Positions 50,993 to 62,130 of a stretch of DNA of 64,000 nucleotides are shown here, piece by piece. The translations under genes were made by a program, and so were the position numbers. Source of the stretch: Spirochaetia bacterium (GTDB lineage Bacteria; Spirochaetota; Spirochaetia; CAKZLE01); NCBI GenBank assembly GCA_963677595.1, contig OY782041.1, positions 288,001 to 352,000 on the forward strand, in the 5' to 3' direction. The first letter of the stretch is position 1. Each line of letters opens with the position of its first letter. The notes below the pieces were generated by a model. It was not told the DNA's origin, ran no database searches, and saw only the letters and a program-made list of their open reading frames with translations.

Positions 50993-52168
50993 CTAGTAGT
51001 TCTCTTTCCGTACCTCGAAGAAGCTCTGAGAGAACTTGCAGACAGGGCAGACCTGGGGAGCTTTCTTCCCCATGACCAGGTGACCGCAGATGCGGCATTC
51101 CCACATGGTCTCCTCCCCTTTCTCGAAGACCTGCTGCATCTCGACGTTCTTCAGCAGGGCACGATACCGTTCTTCATGGGACTTCTCGATATCGGCTACA
51201 CGACGGAACCTGGCGGCCAGGTCGGCGAAGCCCTCTTCCTCTGCATCCTTGGCGAACCCGGCATACATCTCGGTCCACTCATAGTTCTCGCCCTCTGCCG
51301 CATGGAGCAGGTTCACTGCGGTCGATCCCAGGTTCCCCAGTTCCTCGTACCAGATCCTTGCGTGTTCCTGCTCATTCCTGGCCGTCTTGAGGAAGATCTC
51401 GGAGAGCTGGTCGTAGCCTTCACGCTGTGCGATGTTGGCGAAGTAGGTATACTTGTTTCTTGCCTGGCTCTCTCCTGAGAACGCCTCCATCAGGTTCTTC
51501 TCAGTCTTCGTTCCTGCATACTTGTTGACAGCAGGTTCCTGCTCCACGATCAGCTCGAAGGCTGAAGCCGGCTGCTTACACTGCGGGCAGGTGAAATCTG
51601 CTGTCAGTTCCCCTTCATGAATATAGCCGCATACGGTACATCGATATCGTTTCATCTTGTTCTCCTCGTTTTGTGAATGTGTGTTGCGTAATGATCGGAT
51701 CAGCTGCTCGGCAGCTGCCCTCGGGAAATCGCCTGACTGGTCAGATGCCGCCAGGTGTTCTACCAGAGTCAGGGCCTCCTGGCTCTGCTGCAGCATGAAA
51801 CCTGCCTCCCTGAGGAAATCCTCCGCCATGAGACGGTTGGACATCTCCACAGCAGCCGCCAGCTGCCTGGCCAGCGGGTCTTCAGAACTCTCCTTGACCT
51901 CCCGGGCGATCAGTTCCTGCTCTGTCTTGCTTTCAGAGAGGATACCGAGCACCTTCTTCACGTCATCAGTCTTCTCCTGCTGTTTCGGGTACTCCTCGGG
52001 CACCAGCGAGATCGCATGGGATGGACAGGCATCCACACACAACCGGCAGCCGCTGATGCACGTGTCCGGGTCTATCTGGCCGGACTCGGTATCAGTGGCA
52101 CCGGTCGGGCATACGAACAGGCAGAGACAGTCCTTCGTACAGAGACGGATATTTCTTACAGCATGCAT
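50993..52168 (-). CDS. Ferredoxin-rubredoxin-rubrerythrin fusion
   Basis: N-terminal Fe-S motifs ([25 protein letters not shown]), CTVC/CPQC rubredoxin, [19 protein letters not shown] ferritin-like domain, C-terminal CRIC/CPVC. Confidence 0.85.
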   Translation of the reverse strand: MHAVRNIRLCTKDCLCLFVCPTGATDTESGQIDPDTCISGCRLCVDACPSHAISLVPEEYPKQQEKTDDVKKVLGILSESKTEQELIAREVKESSEDPLARQLAAAVEMSNRLMAEDFLREAGFMLQQSQEALTLVEHLAASDQSGDFPRAAAEQLIRSLRNTHSQNEENKMKRYRCTVCGYIHEGELTADFTCPQCKQPASAFELIVEQEPAVNKYAGTKTEKNLMEAFSGESQARNKYTYFANIAQREGYDQLSEIFLKTARNEQEHARIWYEELGNLGSTAVNLLHAAEGENYEWTEMYAGFAKDAEEEGFADLAARFRRVADIEKSHEERYRALLKNVEMQQVFEKGEETMWECRICGHLVMGKKAPQVCPVCKFSQSFFEVRKENY

Positions 52169-52169
52169 A

Positions 52170-52841
52170 TCAGGCCCCCCTCTGGATCTGTGTCATCTTC
52201 ATATTGGGTACTTTGCAGACCGGGCACACCGCCGGCTTCTCATCCCCGATGAAGATGAATCCGCAGATCTCACAGACATAGACATGCGTATCCTCCAGGA
52301 ATGCAGAGGACGAAGCTTCCAGCCTCGCAAGATGGGCATTGGTCATCCTGGTCACCTGCTCGGCCCATTTCAAGGCACGCAATGCCCCGCGGTCCTTCGC
52401 GGCTCCGGCGACACCGTTCGCAGCGGTGAAATGGGATGAGAGGTCAGCCTCAACCATTGGATTCAGGTCAGAGAGCCCGGAACCACTTTTCGCTCCAGCT
52501 TTCTTCCCGTAGTAGGCTGCCAGCTCCCCATAGAGCGCCGCAGTCTCCGGGTCATACTGCTTCTCACAGCCCTTCTCAAGGTTGGAGAAGATCGCAGAGA
52601 GCTCAGCCTCGGTATAGCTGATCTCATCAGGCAGCGGGATGGCAGCTGCTGCTGCCGGTTCAACCGGTTCAGCCGGCTCTTCCGCCTGCTCCCGAAATTC
52701 CGATTTTGATGCCCCGCATAAGGGGCACTTGAATGAAGCCGGCACATCGTCCCAGACGGTTCCCGGCTGAATGCCTCCTTCAGGGTACCCCGATGATTCA
52801 TCATAGATGAACCCGCAGATCGTACATACATAGTTCTTCAT
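52170..52841 (-). CDS. Rubredoxin-domain protein (rubredoxin, degenerate helical bundle, rubredoxin-like)
   Basis: CTICGFIYD...FKCPLCG at the N-terminus and CEICG...CPVC at the C-terminus. Confidence 0.85.
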   Translation of the reverse strand: MKNYVCTICGFIYDESSGYPEGGIQPGTVWDDVPASFKCPLCGASKSEFREQAEEPAEPVEPAAAAAIPLPDEISYTEAELSAIFSNLEKGCEKQYDPETAALYGELAAYYGKKAGAKSGSGLSDLNPMVEADLSSHFTAANGVAGAAKDRGALRALKWAEQVTRMTNAHLARLEASSSAFLEDTHVYVCEICGFIFIGDEKPAVCPVCKVPNMKMTQIQRGA

Positions 52842-53117
52842 ATCGTATTGGTCTCCTTAGATAAAAATTATACGTGATTACCTTGTGATATGCAATATTT
52901 TTAGCATATTCTCATATATAACTCACAAGCAGCCGGTTCATGCTACACCAATCGAGCAGTCCATCTTGTCGAGGCGTTCTTCAGCAGCAACTGATCCCTG
53001 AGTTCAGGGGAACTGCGCTCACCAGGATCCCCGACTCCGCAGGGACGTATGGCTCCTGCCGTTATAGTTTGCCGATACGCCCCTCCTGTCAGTATATTCA
53101 TACTGAGGGAAGCCGTT

Positions 53118-53843
53118 ATGAACGAGGCAGATGCAACCAGAAGGGTCCTCCTCATTGAGGACGACAGGGAGATCGCCAGTGTCGTATCCATGAACCTGGA
53201 GAGTCAGGGGATTGGTACGGAAGAGGCCTATGATGGTCTCACCGGCCTGAAGCGGGCACTCTCAGGAGTATTCTCCCTCATCATCCTGGACATCATGCTC
53301 CCCGGCCTCGACGGCATCAGCCTGTGCCGCAGGATCCGGGAATCCGACCCGGACACCCCGATCCTCATGCTCACAGCCAGGACAGAAGAAATCGACCTGA
53401 TCCTGAGCCTGGAGGTGGGGGCTGATGACTATATGACCAAACCGTTCAGCATGCGGGAGCTCATCGCCAGGATCAATGCTCTGCTCAGGCGTTCAGGAAA
53501 GATCGAGCCTGACCAGAAGGGGATAGAGACCCTTAAGCTCGGGGAGTTCCTCCTTGATACACAGAAGCATCAGGCATTCCTGAGAGGTGAACCGTTGGAC
53601 CTGACGGTGAAGGAGTTCGAGCTGCTGAATCTCTTTATGAGGAATCCCGGCCGGGCCTTCAGCCGTTCGGAATTGCTGAACCGCATCTGGGGCTACAGCT
53701 TCGAGGGGTATGAGCATACCGTCAACACCCATATAAACCGGCTGAGGAACAAGATCGAACCTGATCCGGCCCACCCGGGACACCTCGTGACCGTATGGGG
53801 TATAGGATACCGGTTCTTGGACTTCGAGGAGGGTGAGCCATGA
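53118..53843 (+). CDS. OmpR-family response regulator
   Basis: IEDD, LDIMLP, GADDYMTKPF and VNTHINRLR...TVWGIGY motifs; ATG at 53118. Confidence 0.95.
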   Translation: MNEADATRRVLLIEDDREIASVVSMNLESQGIGTEEAYDGLTGLKRALSGVFSLIILDIMLPGLDGISLCRRIRESDPDTPILMLTARTEEIDLILSLEVGADDYMTKPFSMRELIARINALLRRSGKIEPDQKGIETLKLGEFLLDTQKHQAFLRGEPLDLTVKEFELLNLFMRNPGRAFSRSELLNRIWGYSFEGYEHTVNTHINRLRNKIEPDPAHPGHLVTVWGIGYRFLDFEEGEP

Positions 53844-55300
53844 TCCTCCGTTCATTCTATGCCAAGGTCTCGCTGCTCTTCCTGCTCCTCGTCCTCATCC
53901 TGGGCGGGATGAGCCTCGTGATCGCCTTCCGTGCATCCCGACACCTCTTCGATGAGGTCGAACAGCTGCTCAACCGGGAATATGCCGCCAGTATCGCATC
54001 AGAGCTGGAAGCGATCGTCGGGGATGACATCTCAAGTGAGGCTGTCCCCGAGGCTATCCACTACATGATGGTCCTCAACCCCATGGTCGAGATCTACCTC
54101 ACCGACAGCGAGGGGACGATCCTCAGCTATTTCGCCGGGGGCGATGATGAGGTGATCAGGAAGAGGATCGACACTGCCCCGCTGGAACGGTTCCAGACCA
54201 GCAGAGGGTATGAGACCATACTCGGGGATGATCCCAGGACAGCAGACAGCAGCAAGCCGTTCTCAGCCGCCCCCCTCCATGCCGCAGGTGAGGACGGATG
54301 GGTCTATGTCATCCTCAGGGGCCAGAGTTACGACCATTCCCTTGCCATGGCACAGTCCAACTACTATATACGAACCGGGTTGACCACGTTCCTCATCGCT
54401 ACACTGGCCACCCTCACCCTCGGGCTCTTCCTATTCTTCCTCCTCACCGGTCGGCTGAGACGGCTCAGCATGGCTGTCGAGGCATTCAAGGATGGGCGGT
54501 ACGACCACAGGATCACCATACAGGGAGATGATGAGATCGCACGGCTGGGGACCGCCTTCAATGAGATGGCTTCCTCCATCGAGAGCGGTATCGAGAGGCT
54601 CAAGGAGGCTGACAGGATGCGGGGGGAACTGGTAGCCAACATCTCCCATGATCTGAGAAGCCCGCTGACCTCCATCAGGGGCCGTCTTGAGTCACTGCTC
54701 CTGAGCGAGAACAACATCTCAGAGGATGAACAGCGGGAATTCATCGCATTGACCCTCCGCACTGTCGCGGGCTTCCAGAGACTGGTAGAGGAGCTGCTTG
54801 ACCTGGCGAGACTGGAAGCCAGGCAGGTCTCACCGGAACGGCTCCCCTTCTCTCCCGCGGAGCTGGTGCAGGATGTGGTCCTGAAGCTGCGTCCACAGTC
54901 TGAGAAGAAACAGATAACCATGGTGTATGACCCGGACCCTGACCTTCCTGCCTACACTGGCGATATCGGGCTCATCGAACGCGCATTGACCAATATCATC
55001 GGGAATGCGGTCGAACACAGCCCGGATGGCGGGACCGTTACCGTTTCCGTGAAGCACATGCACCACAGGTATAGCATCTCGGTGACTGATAGGGGAAGCG
55101 GTATCCCAGAGAAGGACCTTCCCCATATCTTCGAGCGGTTCTACCGGGCAGACAAGAGCAGGGACAGGAGATCCGGGGGGGCAGGCCTCGGGCTGGCCAT
55201 TGCCAGGGAGGTGGTACAGCTCCACGGAGGCACGATCGAGGCACATAATACCAAAGACGGCGGAGCCGTCTTCACTATCACCCTCCCCTGTATTGTTTAA
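53840..55300 (+). CDS. HAMP-domain sensor histidine kinase
   Basis: Two TM helices, HAMP domain, SHDLRSPL, NAVEH, DRGSG and GLGLAI motifs. Confidence 0.95.
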   Translation: MILRSFYAKVSLLFLLLVLILGGMSLVIAFRASRHLFDEVEQLLNREYAASIASELEAIVGDDISSEAVPEAIHYMMVLNPMVEIYLTDSEGTILSYFAGGDDEVIRKRIDTAPLERFQTSRGYETILGDDPRTADSSKPFSAAPLHAAGEDGWVYVILRGQSYDHSLAMAQSNYYIRTGLTTFLIATLATLTLGLFLFFLLTGRLRRLSMAVEAFKDGRYDHRITIQGDDEIARLGTAFNEMASSIESGIERLKEADRMRGELVANISHDLRSPLTSIRGRLESLLLSENNISEDEQREFIALTLRTVAGFQRLVEELLDLARLEARQVSPERLPFSPAELVQDVVLKLRPQSEKKQITMVYDPDPDLPAYTGDIGLIERALTNIIGNAVEHSPDGGTVTVSVKHMHHRYSISVTDRGSGIPEKDLPHIFERFYRADKSRDRRSGGAGLGLAIAREVVQLHGGTIEAHNTKDGGAVFTITLPCIV

Positions 55301-55317
55301 CCTTTCTTGCAGGTTAT

Positions 55318-55334
55318 GTGACACTTTCGTGACA
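55318..55334 (+). promoter_or_regulatory. Candidate OmpR/PhoB-type direct-repeat site
   Basis: GTGACA repeated at 11-bp spacing just upstream of the thioredoxin gene. Confidence 0.4.
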
Positions 55335-55367
55335 ATCGGGGAGTACCTTTCAACCAGGAGGCAACCT

Positions 55368-55856
55368 ATGAAAGTGTTTATATTCTTGACTATTTTAGTA
55401 GTATTTACAGGAACGACCCTCTTCGCAGGCGGCCAGAAAGAGGAACCGCAGGAGTCCGTACCGGCCATGGCACCGGCTGGTTCCATGGTCATGGAGAACA
55501 CCATGACCATGACTGCCGGTGACACAAGCATGGCACAGGGCCCGTTCATCCCCTACCGGGACCCAGCGCAGACCATGATGCTGGCAGAGGGCAAGCCTAC
55601 CGTCCTCTTCTTCAATGCCAGCTGGTGTCCTGACTGCAGGGCCGCACGGGAGGACTTCACCGCACGGGCAGATGAGCTTACCGGGGTGAACCTCATCCTC
55701 GTCGATTATGACAATTCAGATGAGCTCCAAGCGAGATACGGCGTCACCTACCAGCACACCTTCGTCCAGATAGACAGCAATGGCAATGTACTGGCAACAT
55801 GGAACGGCGGCAGCACTGATGAACTCCTGGACCATCTGAGGAAAGAGGAGATGTGA
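55368..55856 (+). CDS. Exported thioredoxin-family protein with Met-rich linker
   Basis: Signal peptide, FNASWCPDC and YGVTYQHTFV motifs; AGGAGG RBS before ATG 55368. Confidence 0.85.
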   Translation: MKVFIFLTILVVFTGTTLFAGGQKEEPQESVPAMAPAGSMVMENTMTMTAGDTSMAQGPFIPYRDPAQTMMLAEGKPTVLFFNASWCPDCRAAREDFTARADELTGVNLILVDYDNSDELQARYGVTYQHTFVQIDSNGNVLATWNGGSTDELLDHLRKEEM

Positions 55857-57553
55857 CCATGGCACTGCTGACGTTCTTCGCCTTTCTGGCAGGCATCGTG
55901 ACGATCCTCTCCCCCTGTATCCTGCCGGTTCTCCCCATCGTCCTCTCGGGGAGCATCGGGGGGAGGCGCAAGCCGCTCGGCATCATCACCGGGTTCATAG
56001 CCAGCTTCAGCCTCTTTACCCTGGCGCTGTCGGCAATCGTACAGACACTCTCCATTCCCCCTGACACACTCCGGTTCGCGGCGGTAGCCATCATCCTGTT
56101 CTTCGGGATCACGTTAGCGATCCCGAAACTGCAGATGAGATTAGAGGGCATCCTCTCGCGTACCGCAAAGAGCAGGAAGGCCTCAAGGAGGCAGGGGTTC
56201 GCCGGCGGGATACTGACAGGCATCAGCCTTGGGCTGGTCTGGACACCCTGTGTCGGGCCGATCATGGCATCGGTCATCAGCCTTGCGGTGAGCCGCCAGG
56301 TGGACGGCGGTGCAGTACTCATCATCGCAGCCTACTCTGCGGGTACAGCTATCCCCATGTTCGCCCTCATGGCAGGAGGCAGGAAGCTCCTTGCCAGGTT
56401 CCCCCGCCTTACTGCCCGTACTGCGGCCATCCAGCGGATCTTCGGCATCATCATGATCGCCGCAGGCCTCTCTATCGCTGCCGGGGTCGACAGGAAGTTC
56501 CAGACATTCGTGCTGGAGGTGTTCCCGAACTACGGGTCCGGACTCACAGCCATCGAGGAGCATGATGCCGTACGGGAAGCTTTGGATGCCAGAAGCGGCC
56601 AGTCTGGCTGGGAGTCCGCAGATACCGGCCTGCTTGGGGACTATGGGGAAGCCCCGCCCCTGATCGCAGGAGGCCCCTGGATCAACAGCGAGAAACCCCT
56701 GTCCATGGAGGGTCTCCGGGGTAAGGTGGTCATCGTGGACTTCTGGACCTACAGCTGTATCAACTGCGTGAGGACCCTGCCCTACCTGCGGGACTGGTAT
56801 GATACCTACTCAGCTTACGGTCTTGAGATCATCGGAGTACACTCGCCCGAGTTCCCCTTCGAGCGGAACATAAACAACGTGAAGAAAGCGGTGGAAGAAC
56901 TCGGGGTCACCTGGCCGGTCGTCCTCGATAACGACTTCGCTCAGTGGAACGCCTACAGCAACCGGTACTGGCCGGCCCACTTCTTCATCGATGCATCAGG
57001 GACCATCCGATACTTCCATTTCGGGGAGGGGGCTTACGAGGAGTCTGAGGCTGTCATCAGGGAGCTGCTCACGGAGGCCGGCTACGAGCTTCCTGATTCA
57101 TCAAGCTCCCCTGAGGCACAGGTACTTGGCAGCCGTACTCCGGAGATCTATCTCGGGTACAGCAGGTCGGAAGGTTTCCTCTCGGATACAACGCTGCATG
57201 ACGAAAAGGCAGCATACCAACTTGCCGCTGACCATGGACGGGGACAGTGGTCCCTCGAAGGTGAGTGGGTCATCAGGAATGATTTCATAGAGATTGACGG
57301 TACCGGCAGCCTTGAGCTCAGCTTCGAGGCAAAAGACCTCTACATCGTCATTGAACCCAGGGATGAGGAGAGCCGGGTGCATATCGAGATCGACGGCATG
57401 ACACCAAGGGACACTCCCGATGTGATGAATGGGCTCCTGAAGCTCGATGAGAGCAGGCTCTACCATCTTGCAGACTTCGATGAGTCTTCAGGGCATCTTC
57501 TCAAACTGACCATAGACGGTCATGTACGACTGTATACCTTCACCTTCGGGTAA
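55853..57553 (+). CDS. dipZ: DipZ-like CcdA + redoxin fusion
   Basis: [33 protein letters not shown] and YWPA motifs. Confidence 0.85.
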   Translation: MTMALLTFFAFLAGIVTILSPCILPVLPIVLSGSIGGRRKPLGIITGFIASFSLFTLALSAIVQTLSIPPDTLRFAAVAIILFFGITLAIPKLQMRLEGILSRTAKSRKASRRQGFAGGILTGISLGLVWTPCVGPIMASVISLAVSRQVDGGAVLIIAAYSAGTAIPMFALMAGGRKLLARFPRLTARTAAIQRIFGIIMIAAGLSIAAGVDRKFQTFVLEVFPNYGSGLTAIEEHDAVREALDARSGQSGWESADTGLLGDYGEAPPLIAGGPWINSEKPLSMEGLRGKVVIVDFWTYSCINCVRTLPYLRDWYDTYSAYGLEIIGVHSPEFPFERNINNVKKAVEELGVTWPVVLDNDFAQWNAYSNRYWPAHFFIDASGTIRYFHFGEGAYEESEAVIRELLTEAGYELPDSSSSPEAQVLGSRTPEIYLGYSRSEGFLSDTTLHDEKAAYQLAADHGRGQWSLEGEWVIRNDFIEIDGTGSLELSFEAKDLYIVIEPRDEESRVHIEIDGMTPRDTPDVMNGLLKLDESRLYHLADFDESSGHLLKLTIDGHVRLYTFTFG

Positions 57554-57570
57554 GGACAAAGGAGCAAGAT

Positions 57571-58779
57571 ATGAGAACGAGACAAGTATTCATCTTCGCA
57601 GTGGTCTTCGTGACCCTGCTGATAACCTTCCCGCTGTTCGCAGGCGGGAAGAAAGAGATCCAGGATGCCCCGGCTATGACACCGGACGCCGGGGAGGCAC
57701 TCCCCCCCCCGGGCTTCGACGGCAGCAGTTGGCAGAAGCCGGCTGATGAACAGTTGCGGCAGGAACTGACCGACCTCCAATACCAGGTGACCCAGCAGGA
57801 GGGGACCGAGCCGGCCTTCCGAAACGAACTGTGGGACAACCATGAGGAGGGCCTCTATGTCGATATCGTATCGGGGGAACCGCTCTTCAGTTCTACTGAC
57901 AAGTTCGACTCCGGTACCGGCTGGCCGAGTTTCACGAAGCCCATAGCAGAAGGGAACATCCTCGAACTCACCGACTCCTCTTACGGGATGGTGCGGACAG
58001 AAGTCCGGAGCCTCTTCGCTGACTCTCACCTCGGCCATGTATTCAATGACGGGCCAGACCCCACGGGCCTTCGCTACTGCATCAATTCCGCCTCTCTCAG
58101 GTTCATCCCTGTAGACCAGATGGAGTCTGCCGGGTACGGCAGCTACCTCTACCTGTTCGGGATGGGACCAGCCAAGGAGGTACAGGAGTTCAGTATACGG
58201 GGACAGCTTCCTGACTGGACGACCATGTATACCGAGGAACAGACAGCATCCGCGGTATTCGCAGGCGGCTGTTTCTGGGGCGTGGAAGCAGTATTCGAAC
58301 AGCTGCAGGGAGTCCTTGCCGTCGATTCCGGCTATGCCGGGGGCGAGGCTGACACAGCCCAGTATTATACTGTTGCATCAGGTACCACCGGGCATGCGGA
58401 ATCGGTGAGGATCATCTATGACCCGAAGCAGATAGACTTTTCAACGCTGCTCGAGGTATTCTTCACCGTAGCCCATGACCCTACCCAGCTCAACTACCAG
58501 GGCCCGGACCACGGGACGCAGTACCGGTCAGCGGTATTCTACGAGAACAATGACCAGAAACTGGAGGCAGAGAAGTATATCGCGCAGCTAACCAAACAGA
58601 AGGTCTACCCTGACCCGATCGTGACTGAAGTATCACCGCTGAGAGCATTCTACCCCGCAGAGGCCTACCACCAGGACTTCCTGAGGCTGAACCCGACTTA
58701 CCCCTACATCACCTACTGGGATATACCCAAGCTCAAGGACCTGAACCGGAAGTTCCCCGAACTGCTGGCTGAAGAATAA
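57571..58779 (+). CDS. msrAB: Exported bifunctional methionine sulfoxide reductase (MsrB-MsrA order)
   Basis: GTGWPSF, RTEVR, HLGHVF and RYCINS (MsrB); AGGCFWG, GHAE, QGPDHG and AEAYHQ (MsrA); signal peptide. Confidence 0.92.
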   Translation: MRTRQVFIFAVVFVTLLITFPLFAGGKKEIQDAPAMTPDAGEALPPPGFDGSSWQKPADEQLRQELTDLQYQVTQQEGTEPAFRNELWDNHEEGLYVDIVSGEPLFSSTDKFDSGTGWPSFTKPIAEGNILELTDSSYGMVRTEVRSLFADSHLGHVFNDGPDPTGLRYCINSASLRFIPVDQMESAGYGSYLYLFGMGPAKEVQEFSIRGQLPDWTTMYTEEQTASAVFAGGCFWGVEAVFEQLQGVLAVDSGYAGGEADTAQYYTVASGTTGHAESVRIIYDPKQIDFSTLLEVFFTVAHDPTQLNYQGPDHGTQYRSAVFYENNDQKLEAEKYIAQLTKQKVYPDPIVTEVSPLRAFYPAEAYHQDFLRLNPTYPYITYWDIPKLKDLNRKFPELLAEE

Positions 58780-58958
58780 AGCTGTGTATTTACAGAAACC
58801 TAGCTGCGAGAGATACATCTACCGCAGCTGGGTTCCTATCGATCCTTGTTCTAGAATCTATTCAGAACGTTCATTAACAAGGGCTCTTTGGAGAAAAACC
58901 ACCACAAAGAACGCCTCATGTACAAATCCCCGAACCCTGCCATATGGTACGGCAGCAG

Positions 58959-59609
58959 TCAGTTCTTCTGTGTGGGAAGCATACAGTTCAGCTGCTGTAT
59001 GATGTCATGGAAGGTATCGTAAGGGAAGTAGGGGATTTCGTGCTTATTAAGGTTCTCGGCAAGCCTGTCGCGGGCAAAGATGATATCAGCAGCTTGTGCC
59101 ATGATGAAATCAGTATAGGAATCACCGATACAGATAGAAGTGTCGTAGCTGTAGCGAGACATAACCTCCCGTTTCCCCACGATCTCTAGGTCAGTCTCAT
59201 AATCAGACCAGTAGCGGACATACTTTTCGTTCAAGTCGACTTCCGCGGTATATAACTGCTGAATCCCGTCCATGAACGGTTCCAGGTTTCTCACCACCAT
59301 CTCCCTGATACCACCAGAGATAACCACAAGGGGAATTTGGTTCTGCTGCAGTACCTTCACAAATTCAGGGAATCCTCGACGAATCGTAAGAGTATCGAAG
59401 AACCACGTGTTCTGCAGGTACTCCTCGACGGGTATACGCGACATCATTTCACGAATTCCGCCTTTCACGGAATAGCCTTCCTGAAGCATCCGTGCCGCTG
59501 CATCCTGAATATCTTCATTGATGAACAGCTGAATAAACTCTTCCAAGCTCTCTTTCTCGGTAATCGTACCGTCAAAGTCTGAAAAAACTATCAGGGGATA
59601 GTGTTCCAA
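58959..59609 (-). CDS. HAD-IB phosphatase (MtnX-like)
   Basis: DFDGTIT, VISGG, IGDSYTD and FARD motifs; TTG 59609 after GGAGG. Confidence 0.85.
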   Translation of the reverse strand: MEHYPLIVFSDFDGTITEKESLEEFIQLFINEDIQDAAARMLQEGYSVKGGIREMMSRIPVEEYLQNTWFFDTLTIRRGFPEFVKVLQQNQIPLVVISGGIREMVVRNLEPFMDGIQQLYTAEVDLNEKYVRYWSDYETDLEIVGKREVMSRYSYDTSICIGDSYTDFIMAQAADIIFARDRLAENLNKHEIPYFPYDTFHDIIQQLNCMLPTQKN

Positions 59610-59693
59610 GGGACAGCCTCCATGACGCAGTTTCACATGGAAATGGAGGCAGATGGATATCCGCCTCCATTTCATAATCGATTGTACTATGAA

Positions 59694-61010
59694 TTATTTC
59701 ATCAGGTCGAAATTGCTCTGTGCATCCCAGCCTAATCGGTCAGCCATAGCCATCAGCTCAGGTGCATCTTTTGCATATTCTTTCAGGGGAATTCCCTTCT
59801 GAGCTGCATCGATAGCCTGTCTCATTGACTTAGCACCTGCTTGTGATCCCTGCGGGTGCCCGTGAATTGCTCCACCAGCGGCGATGATGCAGTCCGTTCC
59901 CAGGTCCTTGATGACTTCAGGAACGATCAACTGTGTGGTACCGCCTGAGGCTGCGCACATTGTCGGCTTGATATCCCACATGGGCTGGCTGAAGTTACGT
60001 GCTGTTCTTAGATAGGTGCGCTTGTTCAGAGGGAACTTGCCATACGGGCTTCCCCATATAGCCAGGTCGGCTCCGATCATCCTACTCATCTTTCCCACGA
60101 GCAGTGGTGCAGAAACACCATAATAGGGTGAACTGATTGAAGCCCCGGCGAAATCGATGTGGGACATGACCGGGAGGTTGATCTCCGGGTCCTCAATAAC
60201 GGATCGGGCAGCCGAGAATCCGGCAGTGTAGAAGTTGATCATCAGCGCATTGGCACCGGCTTCCTTAGCACGCATTGCATTTTCCCGCAGTTTGTCAGCA
60301 CGGTCCGTGATATTCACACAGTAGAGGGTATGCTCACCGGTTTCCTCAAACACCTGGCGTTCCTTCTCGATAAAGAGCTTTACACGCTTCTCAAGAGGGC
60401 AGTACGGGTGGTCAGCAGGCAGTAGCTCATCATCCTTGATGACATCACAGCCGCCTTTTGCTGCCTGGTAGAACAATTCTGCTCCCTCTTCAGGGGTCCA
60501 GCCTGTATTCGGCTTGATCATGGCGTTCAGCAGAGGTCGATCATATACGTTCAGCTTCTCCCTCAGTCCATGTGTACCGAATCTTGGCCCCTGGTATTTA
60601 TCAACATAACTTTTAGGGAATGCACAGTCGAGGAATTTCACCTTCCCTGCAGATGCCACATTCCCGATAACCGTTGACATGAGCATTGGCCAGCTGTCCC
60701 CGATAAAGAAGGAAGGAAAGGCGACCTGCACGATGACCGGCCTTTCACCGATGATCTCATCGCCGCAAGGGTCGGGTATCTCATACACAGCAACGACCTT
60801 CGCACCGAATCGTTTCTGGACTTCAGTAGTTTCTCCCCCGACAGAAATCCAGGTACCGGTTGACTGCTCGTCAGCCAATGCCTTGGCAAAAGCCTCTACA
60901 TTTGATGTAGGTGTGTGGACCAGGTAGGTAGCGATGATGTAGTCCTCGGAATAGGCCACTTCCGGATACGAGTGAAGCAGGTTCCAATCGTCAATAGATT
61001 TTACATACAT
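59694..61010 (-). CDS. RuBisCO-like protein (form IV)
   Basis: EQSTGTW, GPRFG, IKPNTG, KDDE, ASGG and AGGAIHGHP motifs; lacks the canonical KPK and HRA residues of true RuBisCO. Confidence 0.9.
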   Translation of the reverse strand: MYVKSIDDWNLLHSYPEVAYSEDYIIATYLVHTPTSNVEAFAKALADEQSTGTWISVGGETTEVQKRFGAKVVAVYEIPDPCGDEIIGERPVIVQVAFPSFFIGDSWPMLMSTVIGNVASAGKVKFLDCAFPKSYVDKYQGPRFGTHGLREKLNVYDRPLLNAMIKPNTGWTPEEGAELFYQAAKGGCDVIKDDELLPADHPYCPLEKRVKLFIEKERQVFEETGEHTLYCVNITDRADKLRENAMRAKEAGANALMINFYTAGFSAARSVIEDPEINLPVMSHIDFAGASISSPYYGVSAPLLVGKMSRMIGADLAIWGSPYGKFPLNKRTYLRTARNFSQPMWDIKPTMCAASGGTTQLIVPEVIKDLGTDCIIAAGGAIHGHPQGSQAGAKSMRQAIDAAQKGIPLKEYAKDAPELMAMADRLGWDAQSNFDLMK

Positions 61011-61060
61011 AATAATTCTCCTTATAATAGGTAAGTCAATTTATTCAGATATACTATCTG

Positions 61061-62101
61061 TTAAGCTAAGACTTCGGGATTGAGGCAGTACTTGAGTTCC
61101 TCATTCCGATGGAATCGAGCCAGATCCCCGATTGCACGCTCTATGGCACAGCGAATGGTTATCTGGGATGCTCCCCCGATATGGGGAGTGATGGTCACGT
61201 TCTCGAGCGGAAGATACCGGCTGTCCTTTTTCAGCGGTTCATGCTCAAACACATCCAATGCAGCACCGCCAATACGTTCATGTACCAATGCATCATAGAG
61301 CGCATCCATATCAACAAGCTCAGAACGTGCAGTATTAACCAAGAGGGCATCCTCTTTCATCATGTGAATCTGTTCACTCCCGACCATGTTATGATTAGCT
61401 TCTGTCACCTTAGCATGGACAGTAACAACGTCGCTGCCGGCACAGAGTCCATTGAGGGACATTGGTATACAACCTGCCTCACGTACGGCTTCGTCCTTCA
61501 CATAGGGATCGAACACCGCAACCTTACTGCCCAAAGCCTTGAAGAGCGATGCAACCTGTCGGCCGATATTCCCGAACCCGATAATCCCCACCTGAATTTC
61601 GGTAATCTCCCGGCTGACCTTTGCTGCACTGTAAAAATCACTTCGCCACTTGCCTTTTCTCAGGTCATGGTTTGCAATCGGGATATTCTTCAAGTGGGCC
61701 AGTACCAATGCCAATGTGAACTCCGCCACGGCTGAGAGATTCCTGCCGGGACTGTTGAACAATGGGATCCCGCGCTTTGTCAATTCTGCCAGGTCGATGT
61801 TCACTGCCCCTCCCCTGGTAGCTGCCACCGCCTTCAATTGAGGGAGGGCATCCAACACTTTGGCTGTGACGGGAGCAACATCAGTTACCAGATATTCAGC
61901 ACCAAGCGCTGCCTCAATAACCTCATCCTCGTTTCCGTCGTATTCTGAAATAGCCCCAGTCCCCTTTGCCACGGCCTGGCTCAGATCCAGAGGCCAGCCG
62001 GTACTGTATCCTCCTACCTCCGCGTCGGGAAAGTTCCGCTTGATCTCTTCAGCCATAACCTCATAACGGATGAACTGATTTCCAATTGCCGCTATTTTCA
62101 T
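61061..62101 (-). CDS. D-isomer-specific 2-hydroxyacid dehydrogenase
   Basis: AVAEF, GFGNIG, NTAR, LDVFEHEP and TPHIGG motifs. Confidence 0.9.
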   Translation of the reverse strand: MKIAAIGNQFIRYEVMAEEIKRNFPDAEVGGYSTGWPLDLSQAVAKGTGAISEYDGNEDEVIEAALGAEYLVTDVAPVTAKVLDALPQLKAVAATRGGAVNIDLAELTKRGIPLFNSPGRNLSAVAEFTLALVLAHLKNIPIANHDLRKGKWRSDFYSAAKVSREITEIQVGIIGFGNIGRQVASLFKALGSKVAVFDPYVKDEAVREAGCIPMSLNGLCAGSDVVTVHAKVTEANHNMVGSEQIHMMKEDALLVNTARSELVDMDALYDALVHERIGGAALDVFEHEPLKKDSRYLPLENVTITPHIGGASQITIRCAIERAIGDLARFHRNEELKYCLNPEVLA

Positions 62102-62130
62102 ATGGTAAATCCTCCAATCTGTACTTTATA

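Noticed and set aside
52850-52930. Rex/PerR-like operator upstream of the rubredoxin gene
   Set aside because: AT-rich with TTGTGA and TCACAA half-sites, but their spacing does not match a canonical box.
59694-61010. CO2-fixing RuBisCO
   Set aside because: Key RuBP-binding residues are substituted and there is no small subunit or phosphoribulokinase nearby; it is a form IV protein.
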